Source: Lama guanicoe
Taxonomy: Eukaryota
DNA: 20,000 bases
Assembly: GCA_013239625.1 (NCBI GenBank)
Contig: MU053347.1
Span: forward strand, 205,032 to 225,031
Direction of reading: 5' to 3'
The translations under genes were made by a program, and so were the position numbers. This document shows, piece after piece, positions 1 through 9,649 of this stretch. Below the pieces are notes generated by a model that saw only the letters and a list, made by a program, of their open reading frames with translations, was not told where the DNA came from and did not search any database. Position 1 is the first letter of the stretch. The number at the start of each line of letters is the position of its first letter.

Positions 1-113
1 TGCGTACTAGCAGTGGGGCTAGCTAGCGCCGGCCCACCTGACTGGAACATAGGCCATAGAGTCCTGATAGCTATTTTATATCTTGGTATAATTAGTGCCA
101 TCACTGCAGCATC

Positions 114-700
114 ATGTCTAAGATAATCGTAAGGCTGATGTTACTGACGCTAATGCCCTCACTCTCCTTGGCTGTACAATGCACCTGCATGGAATCGGGT
201 GACAAATGGTCCATGTACCAACCTGTATTTTCAGCTTACAGGTGAATTCAGCCACGATCTCCAACAAATAGCAGAAACCCTGGGAACTCTGCAAAATCAG
301 ATTGACTCTCTGGTCGAGGTGGTCTTACAAAACAGGAGGGATCTGGACATACTCACGGCCAGAGGGGGCGCTATGCCTCTTCCTAAATGAAGAGTGCTGT
401 TTCTGTGCCAATCAATCAGGAATTGTCAGAGGGATGGTTCAAGAGTTACAAGACTGAGTGGAAAAGAGAAAACATATTTTAGATAAGAGCCCATGGACAG
501 GCCCCTGGGTCTGGACCTCCTGGCTATCACCATTCATAGGTCTCTTACTCCTGATTTTTGCAGTTCTGCTGTTTGGGCCCTGTGTCCTAAACTTCCTGAC
601 CCACTTTGTCTGTGAGTGGATAAAGGCTATAAAACTTCAGATGTTAGCCTCTAATTATGAGCCCCTGCAACAGATAAGTGATGATGCTTACTCCAACTAG
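114..700 (+). pseudogene. env: Defective class I (gamma-type, ERV-Fc/H-like) ERV env: signal peptide fused to the TM subunit, SU deleted
   Basis: ATG at 114 gives MSKIIVRLMLLTLMPSLSLA-VQCTC (signal-peptide-like). A second frame gives the heptad repeat and immunosuppressive domain LQNQIDSLVEVVLQNRRDLDILTA. After a frameshift at ~361-370 come the CX6CC motif CLFLNEECC, NQSGIV, an in-frame TGA (455-457), the TM anchor and a cytoplasmic tail ending at TAG 698-700. Confidence 0.92.
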
Positions 701-715
701 AGTGGTGAAAGCATC

Positions 716-727
716 AAGAGGGGGGAA
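716..727 (+). other. Retroviral polypurine tract
   Basis: AAGAGGGGGGAA lies between the env stop and the TG that starts the LTR at 728. Confidence 0.9.
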
Positions 728-1192
728 TGTGAAGGAAAAACCGGGCTGGTCTGACAAGATAACTCATAAGTCTAGGAATGTGAAGGAGAGGCTGGGCTGG
801 TCTAACAAGATAACTCACAAATCTAAGTATTGGAATACTGATCTGAGTTCTGCTAGGCTAACTAGTAAATCTAAGTTAATTAGTGTTGGTTTTCTGTTTA
901 TGTTTTTTCACTAGCCAGTTGGGTTTTCAAAGATACATATCTGGCTTTGGAATGTTGGTTTGCTGCCTCCCCGCCTCTACTTTTGTGATAATAATGCTGC
1001 TAAAGCTGTTCCATGCCTATTGGCCGAATACCCCAAGCTTGTACTTTACCCTATAAAACCTCATGTGCACGTCTTGGAGGTGCTCAGAGCTTCGGAGCAG
1101 AAGCCCTTCTGAGCCCACCGGCGTAATACATCTGAGTACTCCAACCCTTCGAGTGGTGCTTGTTTCTTGACTGGCCTGTCGTTTCCATAACA
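728..1192 (+). mobile_element. ERV1 3' LTR (465 bp)
   Basis: TG...CA termini (TGTGAAGG...CCATAACA) directly after the PPT. TATAAAA at 1052-1058, variant poly(A) signal AATACA at 1125-1130, and a 51-bp tandem duplication at the U3 start. Confidence 0.88.
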
Positions 1193-1666
1193 TAAGCATT
1201 AAACCAGAATGCAGTGAGCATCTCAGGCAGTCAGCTAAGAGATTGCAAAGGCAAAAAGAAATGTCACTGTTCTATATAGCCAAGCAGATACAACCCATTA
1301 TATCAAAAAATTTAAAGTAAACAATAACTAGTTTTCAAGTCAGAGAAATTGGCAACACCATTTGTCACACATTATTCATACTAATTTTACCTGGTAACTG
1401 TACTAACCATCTGTGTTAGCTAATTAGTTTTATCTAAAAGAATAACAAACTTTTCATTATTACAACAAGAGATAGTTTTGCATCTTGGAGCAAGAAGGCC
1501 ACCAAGAAATTAGACTCCTACTCTCCCACAAAAACTGAGAGATCAGGAGTCCTATCTCCCTTGATGCTAGCATTTCCAGGAGATGGCACACAGGTTCTTG
1601 AGAAAAACTATCCTGGGGCATAAAGCTGACAAAAGGCCAACTAACAAAAGGCATATTTAACCTTCA
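1193..1666 (-). mobile_element. MER34/MER39-family ERV1 LTR, 3' end cut by the younger provirus
   Basis: The reverse complement starts TGAAGG and matches recalled MER34A-type blocks (ctaacacagatgg, tgtgacaaatggtg, gggttgtatctgcttggctatata, cattctggtttaatgcttat). It stops just before the expected poly(A) signal. Confidence 0.78.
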
Positions 1667-1703
1667 AAAGGATGATAAGAAACTGCTACAATTACAAGCT
1701 TCC

Positions 1704-2144
1704 TGTGAATGAAAATACTGCAACCACATCAGTAAAAAATGCTGAAATCAGGTCATCAGCAGCTGCTGCCACCCCCCATCGAGGACAGGCCTGCAGCCCA
1801 GCCTCTGCAGCCACTCACAATGGTGCCCTCTGAGTGGACTCAGAATAAGAAAGAACAAAATAAAACACCCTAGATAGCTAGAGGCTTGTCAGAGGAATGA
1901 ATGCAGTGATCCCAAATGTTTGCTTCCTCCCATACATAGAAAAGCACTCCATTCTTGAAATTGAGATGCCTGGCTTTCTTTAGATAACAAGCAATCTTTT
2001 ATCATTCCCAATACCTGGCCTTTGTTGTAAAGCACCTGTATATCCTAGCTTCTCCCCTACCTCTTCGGAGCAGCCCCTCAGAGTTCTTCTGCCAGATGAA
2101 ACAGAACTCTCAACTTTTAGGCTGTGCATTTATTTCAGTCAACA
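1704..2144 (+). mobile_element. ERV1 solo LTR (artiodactyl MER41-like)
   Basis: TG...CA ends. The terminus ctctcaacttttaggctgtgcatttatttcagtcaaca resembles artiodactyl ERV1 LTRs. No clear TSD, so the 5' boundary is approximate. Confidence 0.7.
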
Positions 2145-4859
2145 ACACCAATTAGGTCTCAGAGATCCTGGACTGAATAGGAGTCCCAGGATTGGATGTT
2201 TTCCATTTTAGTATGCCTTGCTGGTCAAAGTGGGATCAAAGGGTAAACTTTCCATCACTAATCAGATCTGAAGAAATATTAGATATTGACACGATATTTC
2301 CATTCACATTATTGATAAAATGGTAACTCAAGCTATTTAATTGACTTTCCCACAGGTTAGATCATGACTAGTAACTTTTTTTTTTTTAAGTACCTGTCTT
2401 TTTAGCTGACCAGTGATTCCCTATTTTGGTGCATGGCACATTCATAAAATCCCACTCCTAATAATTTATCTTTGTCTTTACCTCTTATATACCCTAAAAT
2501 GGAATCAAAAGTTTAAGACTTAGTATGACTAAAATGATTCTGTAGAGCTGAATACTTTCTTTGTATCTTCTGATAGAATTGTCTAAGAATTTCAACATTT
2601 TTCCTTTTCTTAGAATTCCACAGTAGCCATAACTCAATTCCCAGAATTTCCCTCAAGAATATATTATTCTTTGGGTTTTTTTCCTAATAATTTATAATGA
2701 AGTCAGAAGCCATGGCCTCTTAATGTATATGCAGACTGTCTAGCACTCTGATTTTAGGTATATTAAAAATTATATTATATATGCATATATATAATATATA
2801 GGCATGTGAGTATTTATATAAAGTATCACTGGAAATATCAGAATAACAGTGGTGATTTATGTGGATAAGAATAGAGCTGAAAGGATGAAAAAAGATAGGA
2901 AAAAATTAAAATGTTCAATGTAACCTTATTCCTCAGAGTCTTGTAATAAATAGTGCACCAGTGGGCCATAGCTGGTCATGGTGCCTAAGTGAGGGCACAA
3001 TATGGATTTGCTAAGTGTGCTTTACTTTGAAATGGAGGCTCTTCATTCTCTGGTTATTGATGGTATCATTTGTAACATTATTTTTATTCAACCATGAACA
3101 ATGGAAAATTAAAACGACTTTGATCACTTTGGAAATTCTCGGCATGGCTTTTCATTTGTAACTATCAATTATTTAAGGAATAGTTTTAAATGGCTCTCAG
3201 AGCCCTTTTGGGGGTAAAATTACAGTAACTTAGGTAGCAAATGTGAATGATCTAAGTTTTTAGTTCCATATGGAATAAAAATGCCTTATAAAAGAGTCAC
3301 ACTGCCACCTACTGACAACTTTTTGTAAAAGAACCAGCATTTTCTCATTAGCCTAACTGACTGTGCACTTTAATGATCTATTACTTGGCATGTGGCTGTA
3401 TGGAAAAAAGGGGTAACAAAGTGTATCCATTGCTCAGTGCATCTACTTGAAATAATCTCACCATTCACAGAGGCCATTTCAAGCTATTCAGTTTTTAACT
3501 TTTACATACTGCAATTAGATACATTTTTTTTCAGATACATTTATTAACGGCATTACTGCATAGTATTTCATAACTGATAAAACTATTTTCAGGAAAGTGA
3601 CTGCAGAGTGTATGTTAAAAAATCTGCCCTGCATTTATAGTGCATAGAGACTTGCTAATAGGATTTTCATAACAGCATTCATCTCCCAGCACATTTTATA
3701 GTACCAACCACTATGTAACAGTAGTGTTGTTATTACATTATGTGAAAAATAGGATTTGTTCTAAGGACACGTGTTATAACCTGAACTGTGAAAGTACAAT
3801 GGTAGTTGAAGCACCTATGCACTAAACCATTTTCATTCCTATCCTTTTCTACCTTTGCCAGAGTTGATATAAGAAAAACATCCTGTGCTATTATAAATAG
3901 ATCAAAGATTCATATCAGTATTTCCCATGAACTAGGAGCTCAGGAGTGTAGCATCCTTCTGTACAGTGACTATGATGTTGCAGATAGCAAGAATCAACTC
4001 CTCCCAATTAGTAGCAATCATCATCAAATTGAATGTATTCCTCAGCTGATTTCCATGGAATCATGTTACTGATTTCTCTTTCTGCCATGTTCCAAGATGT
4101 GGAATTTCTCTCCAAGTTAAAGTTTAAATTCAAAGCATTATTTTTCACAAGAGAAAATTCATGAGTACTTTTATCAGTTTTTCAGATAACCACGTGCTGT
4201 GCATATTTTAAAACAAATACAAAAGAAAAAAATTGCAAACTTGGCCAAACTCATAATCCCTTACAAAATAATCCATACACAAAACCCGAGCTCTGAGCCC
4301 CATGTAACAATAGCCAAGTACCTCAGTTGTTCATAATCCTCACAAACAAAAAGAAACAATTTTCAACCTAAAACTGCTTAAAATAGCTTAAATGTAGGTA
4401 AAAATCAATCAGAGGACTTACCATCAGCCTACTGTTTTACATATTTGTTGCCTGAAGTCAATGAAAGGAGAATACACAATACTGCAGAGCTGAAAGCCAT
4501 GCACTATTCAGGTAGGGCACATGATTGCATATATTGTCATAACTGGCTTTCCTAAGATTTATTATAAAACACAGTGAATTAAAGGCTCTCTTGAATGGGG
4601 ACCCAAGAAAGCATAACATTCTGCTCTCAGAACTCCATCTCAGTTTGAATAAGAAATCACTCAAGAAGATATGAAAGGCCTAGATTTTCATGCCACCTTT
4701 TAACTAGGTCTAAATAAATGTTAAAGATTCTTGCTACATTTCTTTGCCTTACAAAATAGAGCATTTGCAAATGATAATCCAGTTATAGCCACTACAAAGA
4801 GCATCATGACTGAAAGATATCTAGGCTTTCTTTTCCCTCAACAAAACACATTTAAAAGA
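2145..4859 (-). pseudogene. Candidate decayed multi-exon gene for a secreted, Cys-containing (possibly ZP-N) protein; identity unknown
   Basis: AG/GT-bounded blocks on the - strand: 4859-4753, 4451-4422, 4338-4265, 4196-3853, 3600-3462, 3395-3313, 3161-2925, 2683-2556, 2493-2394, 2267-2145. Phases are compatible from ATG 4807 (MMLFVVAITGLSFANA...), with about 22 in-frame stops in the chain. Confidence 0.45.
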
Positions 4860-5099
4860 CTGCAGAGAAATGCATATAGAATATGGAACATTTCCATTAA
4901 TAGCACTGTTATTTTATAGAAACTTGACAATGAAATATTTATAGTTGAACTATTTTTCACTTTATTTTGCTTGTTTCAGATCATTTTGCGCCACATAGTA
5001 AATTAGGATTTATATTTATCTTCAGATCTGTCTTTTGATTTTTTGGCTTAAATTAGCTGGATACTCTAATAATGGCTGAACCCTAATTAATTCTAGAAT

Positions 5100-5175
5100 T
5101 CTAGAATCATAACGCTGAATCAGAAAGACCTTAGAGTTTCAGCCCTCCCCCTTAACAGGCAAAGAAAATGCTCCT
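5100..5175. mobile_element. Possible MIR fragment
   Basis: tagaatcat...aaagaccttagag...cccccttaacaggcaaagaaa resembles a highly decayed MIR. Confidence 0.35.
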
Positions 5176-6109
5176 GGCGGTACAGGGATAATGCCAGCTG
5201 AAAATATTCTGGGGAGAATGCAAATTAGAAATGTTAGAGTAATCTACCACACTGCAAAAGAGAAATTTCTTTTTTCTGAATTTAGATCTGATATAGAAAT
5301 GAGATTTACATCTGTGGAAACTCCTTGTGGTGAATTTCAACTGGAGACTTTAAAGTCAAAACAAAGCCAAGATGTTTTATATGGAAAGAGAGGAGGAAGG
5401 CATTTTCTGTCTTTTTAATTGCAAAAACATATCTGGCCGGCTAGCACAGAGGATATTTAGAAGATTGAACAGTCATAGTTCAGCCCTGGATCTCAGATCC
5501 CTGAGAAAGTTTAAGCCACTGATTATGACCCTTTTTACTGGTAAAGTGTCCAGTGTTTATTTTCCTCAAAACAACCCTTCCACCCCCAAATCTGCAGTTT
5601 TGTTTTTATTGATTCTGAGCCAAATACTCCAATGTGTGCTGATCTAAGCACGTACATGTCCTGGGTTGCCCTGACAATCCCAAATTCTGCTTGTTACCCA
5701 GAAGTAGATAATAATAGTGGCTCTTTTATGGTTGATAAGTTCCATTTTAAGTTATTCACGCCAATTCTAATCCAAGTGCATCTGTGACTGCCACCTTTTG
5801 CCTGCTCAGTGGAATTTTGTGGGTGGTCTTATTGTGAGTGGGTGGTCTTATTGTGAGTTGGTGGGTATAGCCTGAAACATCAGTGGACCCTCAGGCTCTA
5901 GCTCCATCCTCCCAGGAGGGCTTCAGGGCTTTTAGGCAGAAGGAATAGCATATTGGGAATGACTGTCAGTCCTGGTCTTTTCCAACACGTTTTCCTGAAA
6001 CAAGGAGGATGCTTGTGGGTGGGAGGAAGCTTCCAGGGAAGAAGGGAATAGTACAGCTCGTGCTGAAAGAAACTCAAGACTCATTATTTTCTTCTGCATT
6101 TGTTTGGAG

Positions 6110-6397
6110 AACATTTAATGAGGATGTGTGTTAGATACTTGGAAAGTAGGATGACATAGTCCCTACTATGAGAGACTCTTTGTTCAGAGAGAGAAAAGGT
6201 CAAGTCAAGTAACAGTGGATACACAGGGACATTTAATCACTCAGCTTGAGGATATGGGGACATGAGTCACAGAGAGATTTAGGGAGGGCAGTCACTTGAA
6301 CTACAATTTGGAGGACATAATATGAGTTAACCAGGCTGGGGTGGAAGGGATGGGAAAGGACCTCTGGGTAGAGGGAATAGGACCTGCAGAGGCATAG
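6110..6397 (-). mobile_element. L2 fragment
   Basis: Decayed L2-like motifs (acatagtccctac, gagttaaccaggc, gggtagagggaataggacctgcagaggcatag). Confidence 0.55.
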
Positions 6398-6406
6398 TGT
6401 ATGTTT

Positions 6407-6503
6407 TGTACCAGTTAACTTTTGCTGTGTAACAAGCCATCCCCCTCAATTAAATAAAAAAAAAAAACAGCATTATTTAGCTTACCCTTCTGTGGGTTGG
6501 CTG
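6407..6503 (-). mobile_element. MLT1 (MaLR) LTR end, interrupted by a younger LTR
   Basis: tgtaccagttaacttttgctgtgtaacaagccatccc...cattatttagcttac...ttctgtgggttggctg matches the recalled MLT1 terminus. Confidence 0.65.
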
Positions 6504-6980
6504 TGTTGCCAGAGAGTAGGTTCTTGCACAGGAAAGGATTCAAGAGTGAGCCATAGTAAAGTGAAAGCAAGCTGACTTAGAGAGGTACACATTCCATAGG
6601 CAGAATGCATCCATCTCAGAAGAGATACTGACCATGAGTTCTGGGGGTTGTTGGTGTTTATGGGCTGGGTAATTTCATATGCTAACAAGTGGGAGGATTA
6701 TTCCAACTATTTGGGGGGAAAGAGTAGGGATTCCCAGGAATTGGGCCATCACCCAGTTTTTGACCTTTTATGGTCAGCCTTGAAACTGTCATGGCACCTG
6801 TGGGAGTGCCATCTAGCATGCTAATATATTACAGTGAGCATAAAATGAGGCTCAGGGTCTACTGGAAGTTGAATCTTCTGCCATCTTGGTGCTAATTGGG
6901 TCTAACCAGTTTATGTCCTATCCTCAATGGCTGTGTCATTCTTTTAGTGGTTGCACCCTGTCCTCTTCCCTCTTGTCTCA
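6504..6980 (-). mobile_element. ERV1 solo LTR (LTR8/MER4-like artiodactyl family)
   Basis: TGTTGCC...TGTCTCA termini, with motifs aggttcttg, gaattgggcc, gaaactgtcatggc, gccatcttgg typical of this LTR group read antisense. Confidence 0.75.
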
Positions 6981-6982
6981 AC

Positions 6983-7063
6983 NNNNNNNNNNNNNNNNNN
7001 NNNNNNNNNNNNNNNNNNNNNNNNNNNNNNNNNNNNNNNNNNNNNNNNNNNNNNNNNNNNNNN
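6983..7063. other. Assembly gap (81 N)
   Basis: Run of N ending within the polypyrimidine tract of the first COL6A4 exon. Confidence 1.
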
Positions 7064-7080
7064 TTCTTCTCCTTTGAAAG

Positions 7081-7415
7081 GATTCCACATAGATTTGTCT
7101 GTAGGAATTGATGTCTCCACCCCCAGGAGGCAAATTCAGCAGTCGCTTGAAGGGTTACTGCCAGAGCTGATGCAAGAGCTAGCCTTGCTTTCCAACATCA
7201 GCTGTAGCCTTCCTGGTCAAACCGACGTGATGTTCCACTACGTGGTTCCTGGTTCAAGTGGCCAGCTCATCTTTGACTCAGGTTTTGAAAAGTACAGTGA
7301 TGGGAGAATTCAGAAGTTCTTGATTCAGCAGGCTGCCAATAGCAACCACATGGATGTGGGTTTTTTGCAGTCCCTGGGAGATAGTGCTCTCCGCCTCTCT
7401 TCTGCTAAAGTGAAG
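7081..7415 (+). CDS. COL6A4: Collagen alpha-4(VI) exon, first part of the last N-terminal VWA domain (phase 1 to 0, 335 bp)
   Basis: ttcttctcctttgaaag| acceptor. Encodes FHIDLSVGIDVS...LLPELMQELALLSNISC...DSGFEKYSD...FLQSLG...SAKVK, close to recalled mouse Col6a4. Donor AAG|GTTACA (weak). Confidence 0.88.
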
Positions 7416-7565
7416 GTTACAAATGCTGAGAACCCACATTATCGAACCATTAGGCATGAGGAGGGATAAGGCTTTTGGGACTGAGGACAAATAAACTGTT
7501 CTTCACTGAGGATCATGCATAGAGGAAAACTAGTCTTATTCAGTCAAGATTGACAAGAGATGTGT

Positions 7566-7670
7566 TTTCATTCAATAAACAAGTATTTACTAAGCGCTAG
7601 AGGCTCTTTGCTAAATGTCATTAGAGGTAAAAGGTTAAAGTCACTGCCCTTGGGTTGCCCACAGCTTAGC
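7566..7670 (-). mobile_element. L2 3' end fragment
   Basis: ttcattcaataaacaagtatttactaagcgct...gtcactgcccttgg matches the L2 tail read antisense. Confidence 0.6.
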
Positions 7671-7761
7671 GATCCAGGTTTTCCACGACATAAATTCCTT
7701 CCAAAGACAGCTTGGAAGATATTAGCTCCTCATGGTCACTCATTGTAAGAACCCATTGTTT

Positions 7762-8078
7762 CTCTCTTTCTTTCACTCTCTCTCTTTCATGATTTTATTT
7801 ATTTATTTGTTTGTTTATTTATTTTAATTGACATATAGTCAATTTCCAATGTTGGGTCTGTTTCTGGTATACAGCATCATGTTTCATATACATACATCTA
7901 TTCCTTTTCATATTCTTTTTTTGTCATCAGTTACTACAAGATATTTAATACAGCTTCCTGTGCTATATAGTAGAACCCTGTTGTTTGTCTTTTTTATATA
8001 TAGTAGTATCTGCTGATCTCACACTCCCAATTTATCCCTTCCCAACCCCTTCTCTACTCTGGTAACCATAAGTTTGTA
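7762..8078 (-). mobile_element. Young camelid-type L1 3' end, 5'-truncated, with TSD
   Basis: T-rich tail, then ttaattgacatatagtc...ggtaaccataagtttgt. Direct repeat acccattgttt at 7751-7761 and 8081-8091. Confidence 0.85.
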
Positions 8079-8681
8079 GGACCCATTGTTTTTGTAATCA
8101 GCCCCCTGAACCATCTTTAGTGACAGTTAATGGCTTGTTAGCATAACCCCTCTCCTCCCTTTCTGCTGCCCCAGAACCATGCACCCACAGAAGTCATAGA
8201 AGTAAAAAGATCTCATATGACATCTATTAGGAAAAGACCTCCCCAAACTTTGAAAGTTACATTGAGTTTTTCCTTCCATCATGCATCCGATGGATTTATT
8301 TCTTAAAAAATGTAATTCACTTTTTAAATTCAATTTTTCTATGAGTAAAGGTAACAGAGGTAAAGAACATTGTAAGACAATTTTTGGACGATATCTTTAA
8401 GTGAACACATTAAGCTGCTTCAAATTCTTTTTCAGCGGTGGGGGTGTGTGTGGGAGGACATGGAGGACAAGTGAGTGTGTAATAAAGTAATAAATGAATG
8501 GGTAAAATGGAATAGAACAGGGTGAAAGGCTGGTTATAGCTTACCCTTGCATTTTTTAAGAAACGTGCAATTTACAGCATCCATCTTTTCCATTGCCCCT
8601 CCCCTCTGTCCTCCCTTCTTCTTCCTTCTCCCTGGTCCCTCTGTTCCTGCATCTCCCATACCCCCCTCTCATAAACAACAG

Positions 8682-8760
8682 GTCCTTTTAGTGTTTACAG
8701 ACGTATTGGATGATGATTTAGAGAGACTGAAGGAAACGTCCCAGCTTCTCCGCAGCAAAG
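8682..8760 (+). CDS. COL6A4: COL6A4 exon (phase 0 to 1, 79 bp): VLLVFTDVLDDDLERLKETSQLLRSK(G)
   Basis: Pyrimidine-rich ...caacag| acceptor and AAG|GTAATT donor. VWA beta-strand plus the TD[G]LD motif of collagen VI alpha-4/5/6. Confidence 0.9.
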
Positions 8761-9649
8761 GTAATTGCATGTTGTTGTTCCTCCCACAGGGGCAGAGATG
8801 GTCTTTCAGATTCCGGATGGCCCAGGAATCTCTGAGCCCCCGAAGGCTAAGCCAGGTAATTGGAGCTCAGTGCCCAAGAGGCTGCTGCCCAGTTTCTGGC
8901 TTCGTATGAATCAGGGGGCTATTGAGGGCTGAGAGACCCCTGGGTCTCTCTGACTGAGACAGGGCTGACCAGTTACCAGTCCAGCATCTGGTTCAGAAGG
9001 TTGTGGGTGCAACCCCTGCTTCGTGGGAAGTGGGTGCTCTCTGCTCTTTTCAGCTACCCAGGGGTCCAACCGTCTCTCTTTCCTAAACTCTAAAATCACC
9101 CTAAAGCTGCGTCTTACTTTTTCTACTGTCCTTCCTCCCTGATTCTTCTTTATCCATCTCCAAGGGCTGCTGCATACATACATGTATATGTACATATATA
9201 TGTATATAATCAAAGTATAGTTAGTTTGCATTACTGTATTAGTTTCAGGTGTCCAACATAGTGATTTGATATTTTTGCAAATTATACTCCATTTAAATTT
9301 ATTATAAAATATTGGTTATATTCCCTGTGCTGTACAATATATCCATGTAGCCTATTTATTTTATACATAATAGTTTGTATTTCTTAATTCCCTCCCCCAA
9401 TTTGCCACTCCCCTCTTTCTCTCCACACTGGTAACCACTAGTGTGTTCTCTTTATGTTAGTCTCTTTCTGTTTTGTTATATTCATTTGTTTGTTTTATTT
9501 TTTAGGTTCCCCACATAAGTGATAAATAACATAGTCTTATCTTTATCTGATTTATTTCACTAAAAGTGATACCCTCCAGGTCCGACTATGTTGTTGCAAA
9601 TGGCAAGATTTCATTCTTTCTATGACTGAGTAGTATACCTTTGAATATA

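Noticed and set aside
199..700. Domesticated syncytin-like env
   Set aside because: SU and the fusion peptide are absent, and there is a frameshift after the ISD plus an in-frame stop.
3313..4367. Alternative splice model using the TAG acceptor at 4368-4369, giving a membrane-protein-like frame (KLFLFVCEDYEQLRYLAIVTWG...FMGNTDMNL, faintly like TMEM117)
   Set aside because: It needs a 54-nt intron and translates what looks like a polypyrimidine tract. It also puts the next downstream block in a frame with more stops. Not fully excluded if frameshifts exist.
3806..5647. + strand ORFs 3806-4072, 4731-4919, 5191-5418 and 5372-5647 as COL6A4 exons
   Set aside because: No VWA motifs or fitting splice sites. 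The first two are antisense shadows of the - strand candidate exons.
5819..5856. 19-bp perfect tandem duplication (gtgggtggtcttattgtga x2)
   Set aside because: An ordinary local slippage duplication with no evident function.
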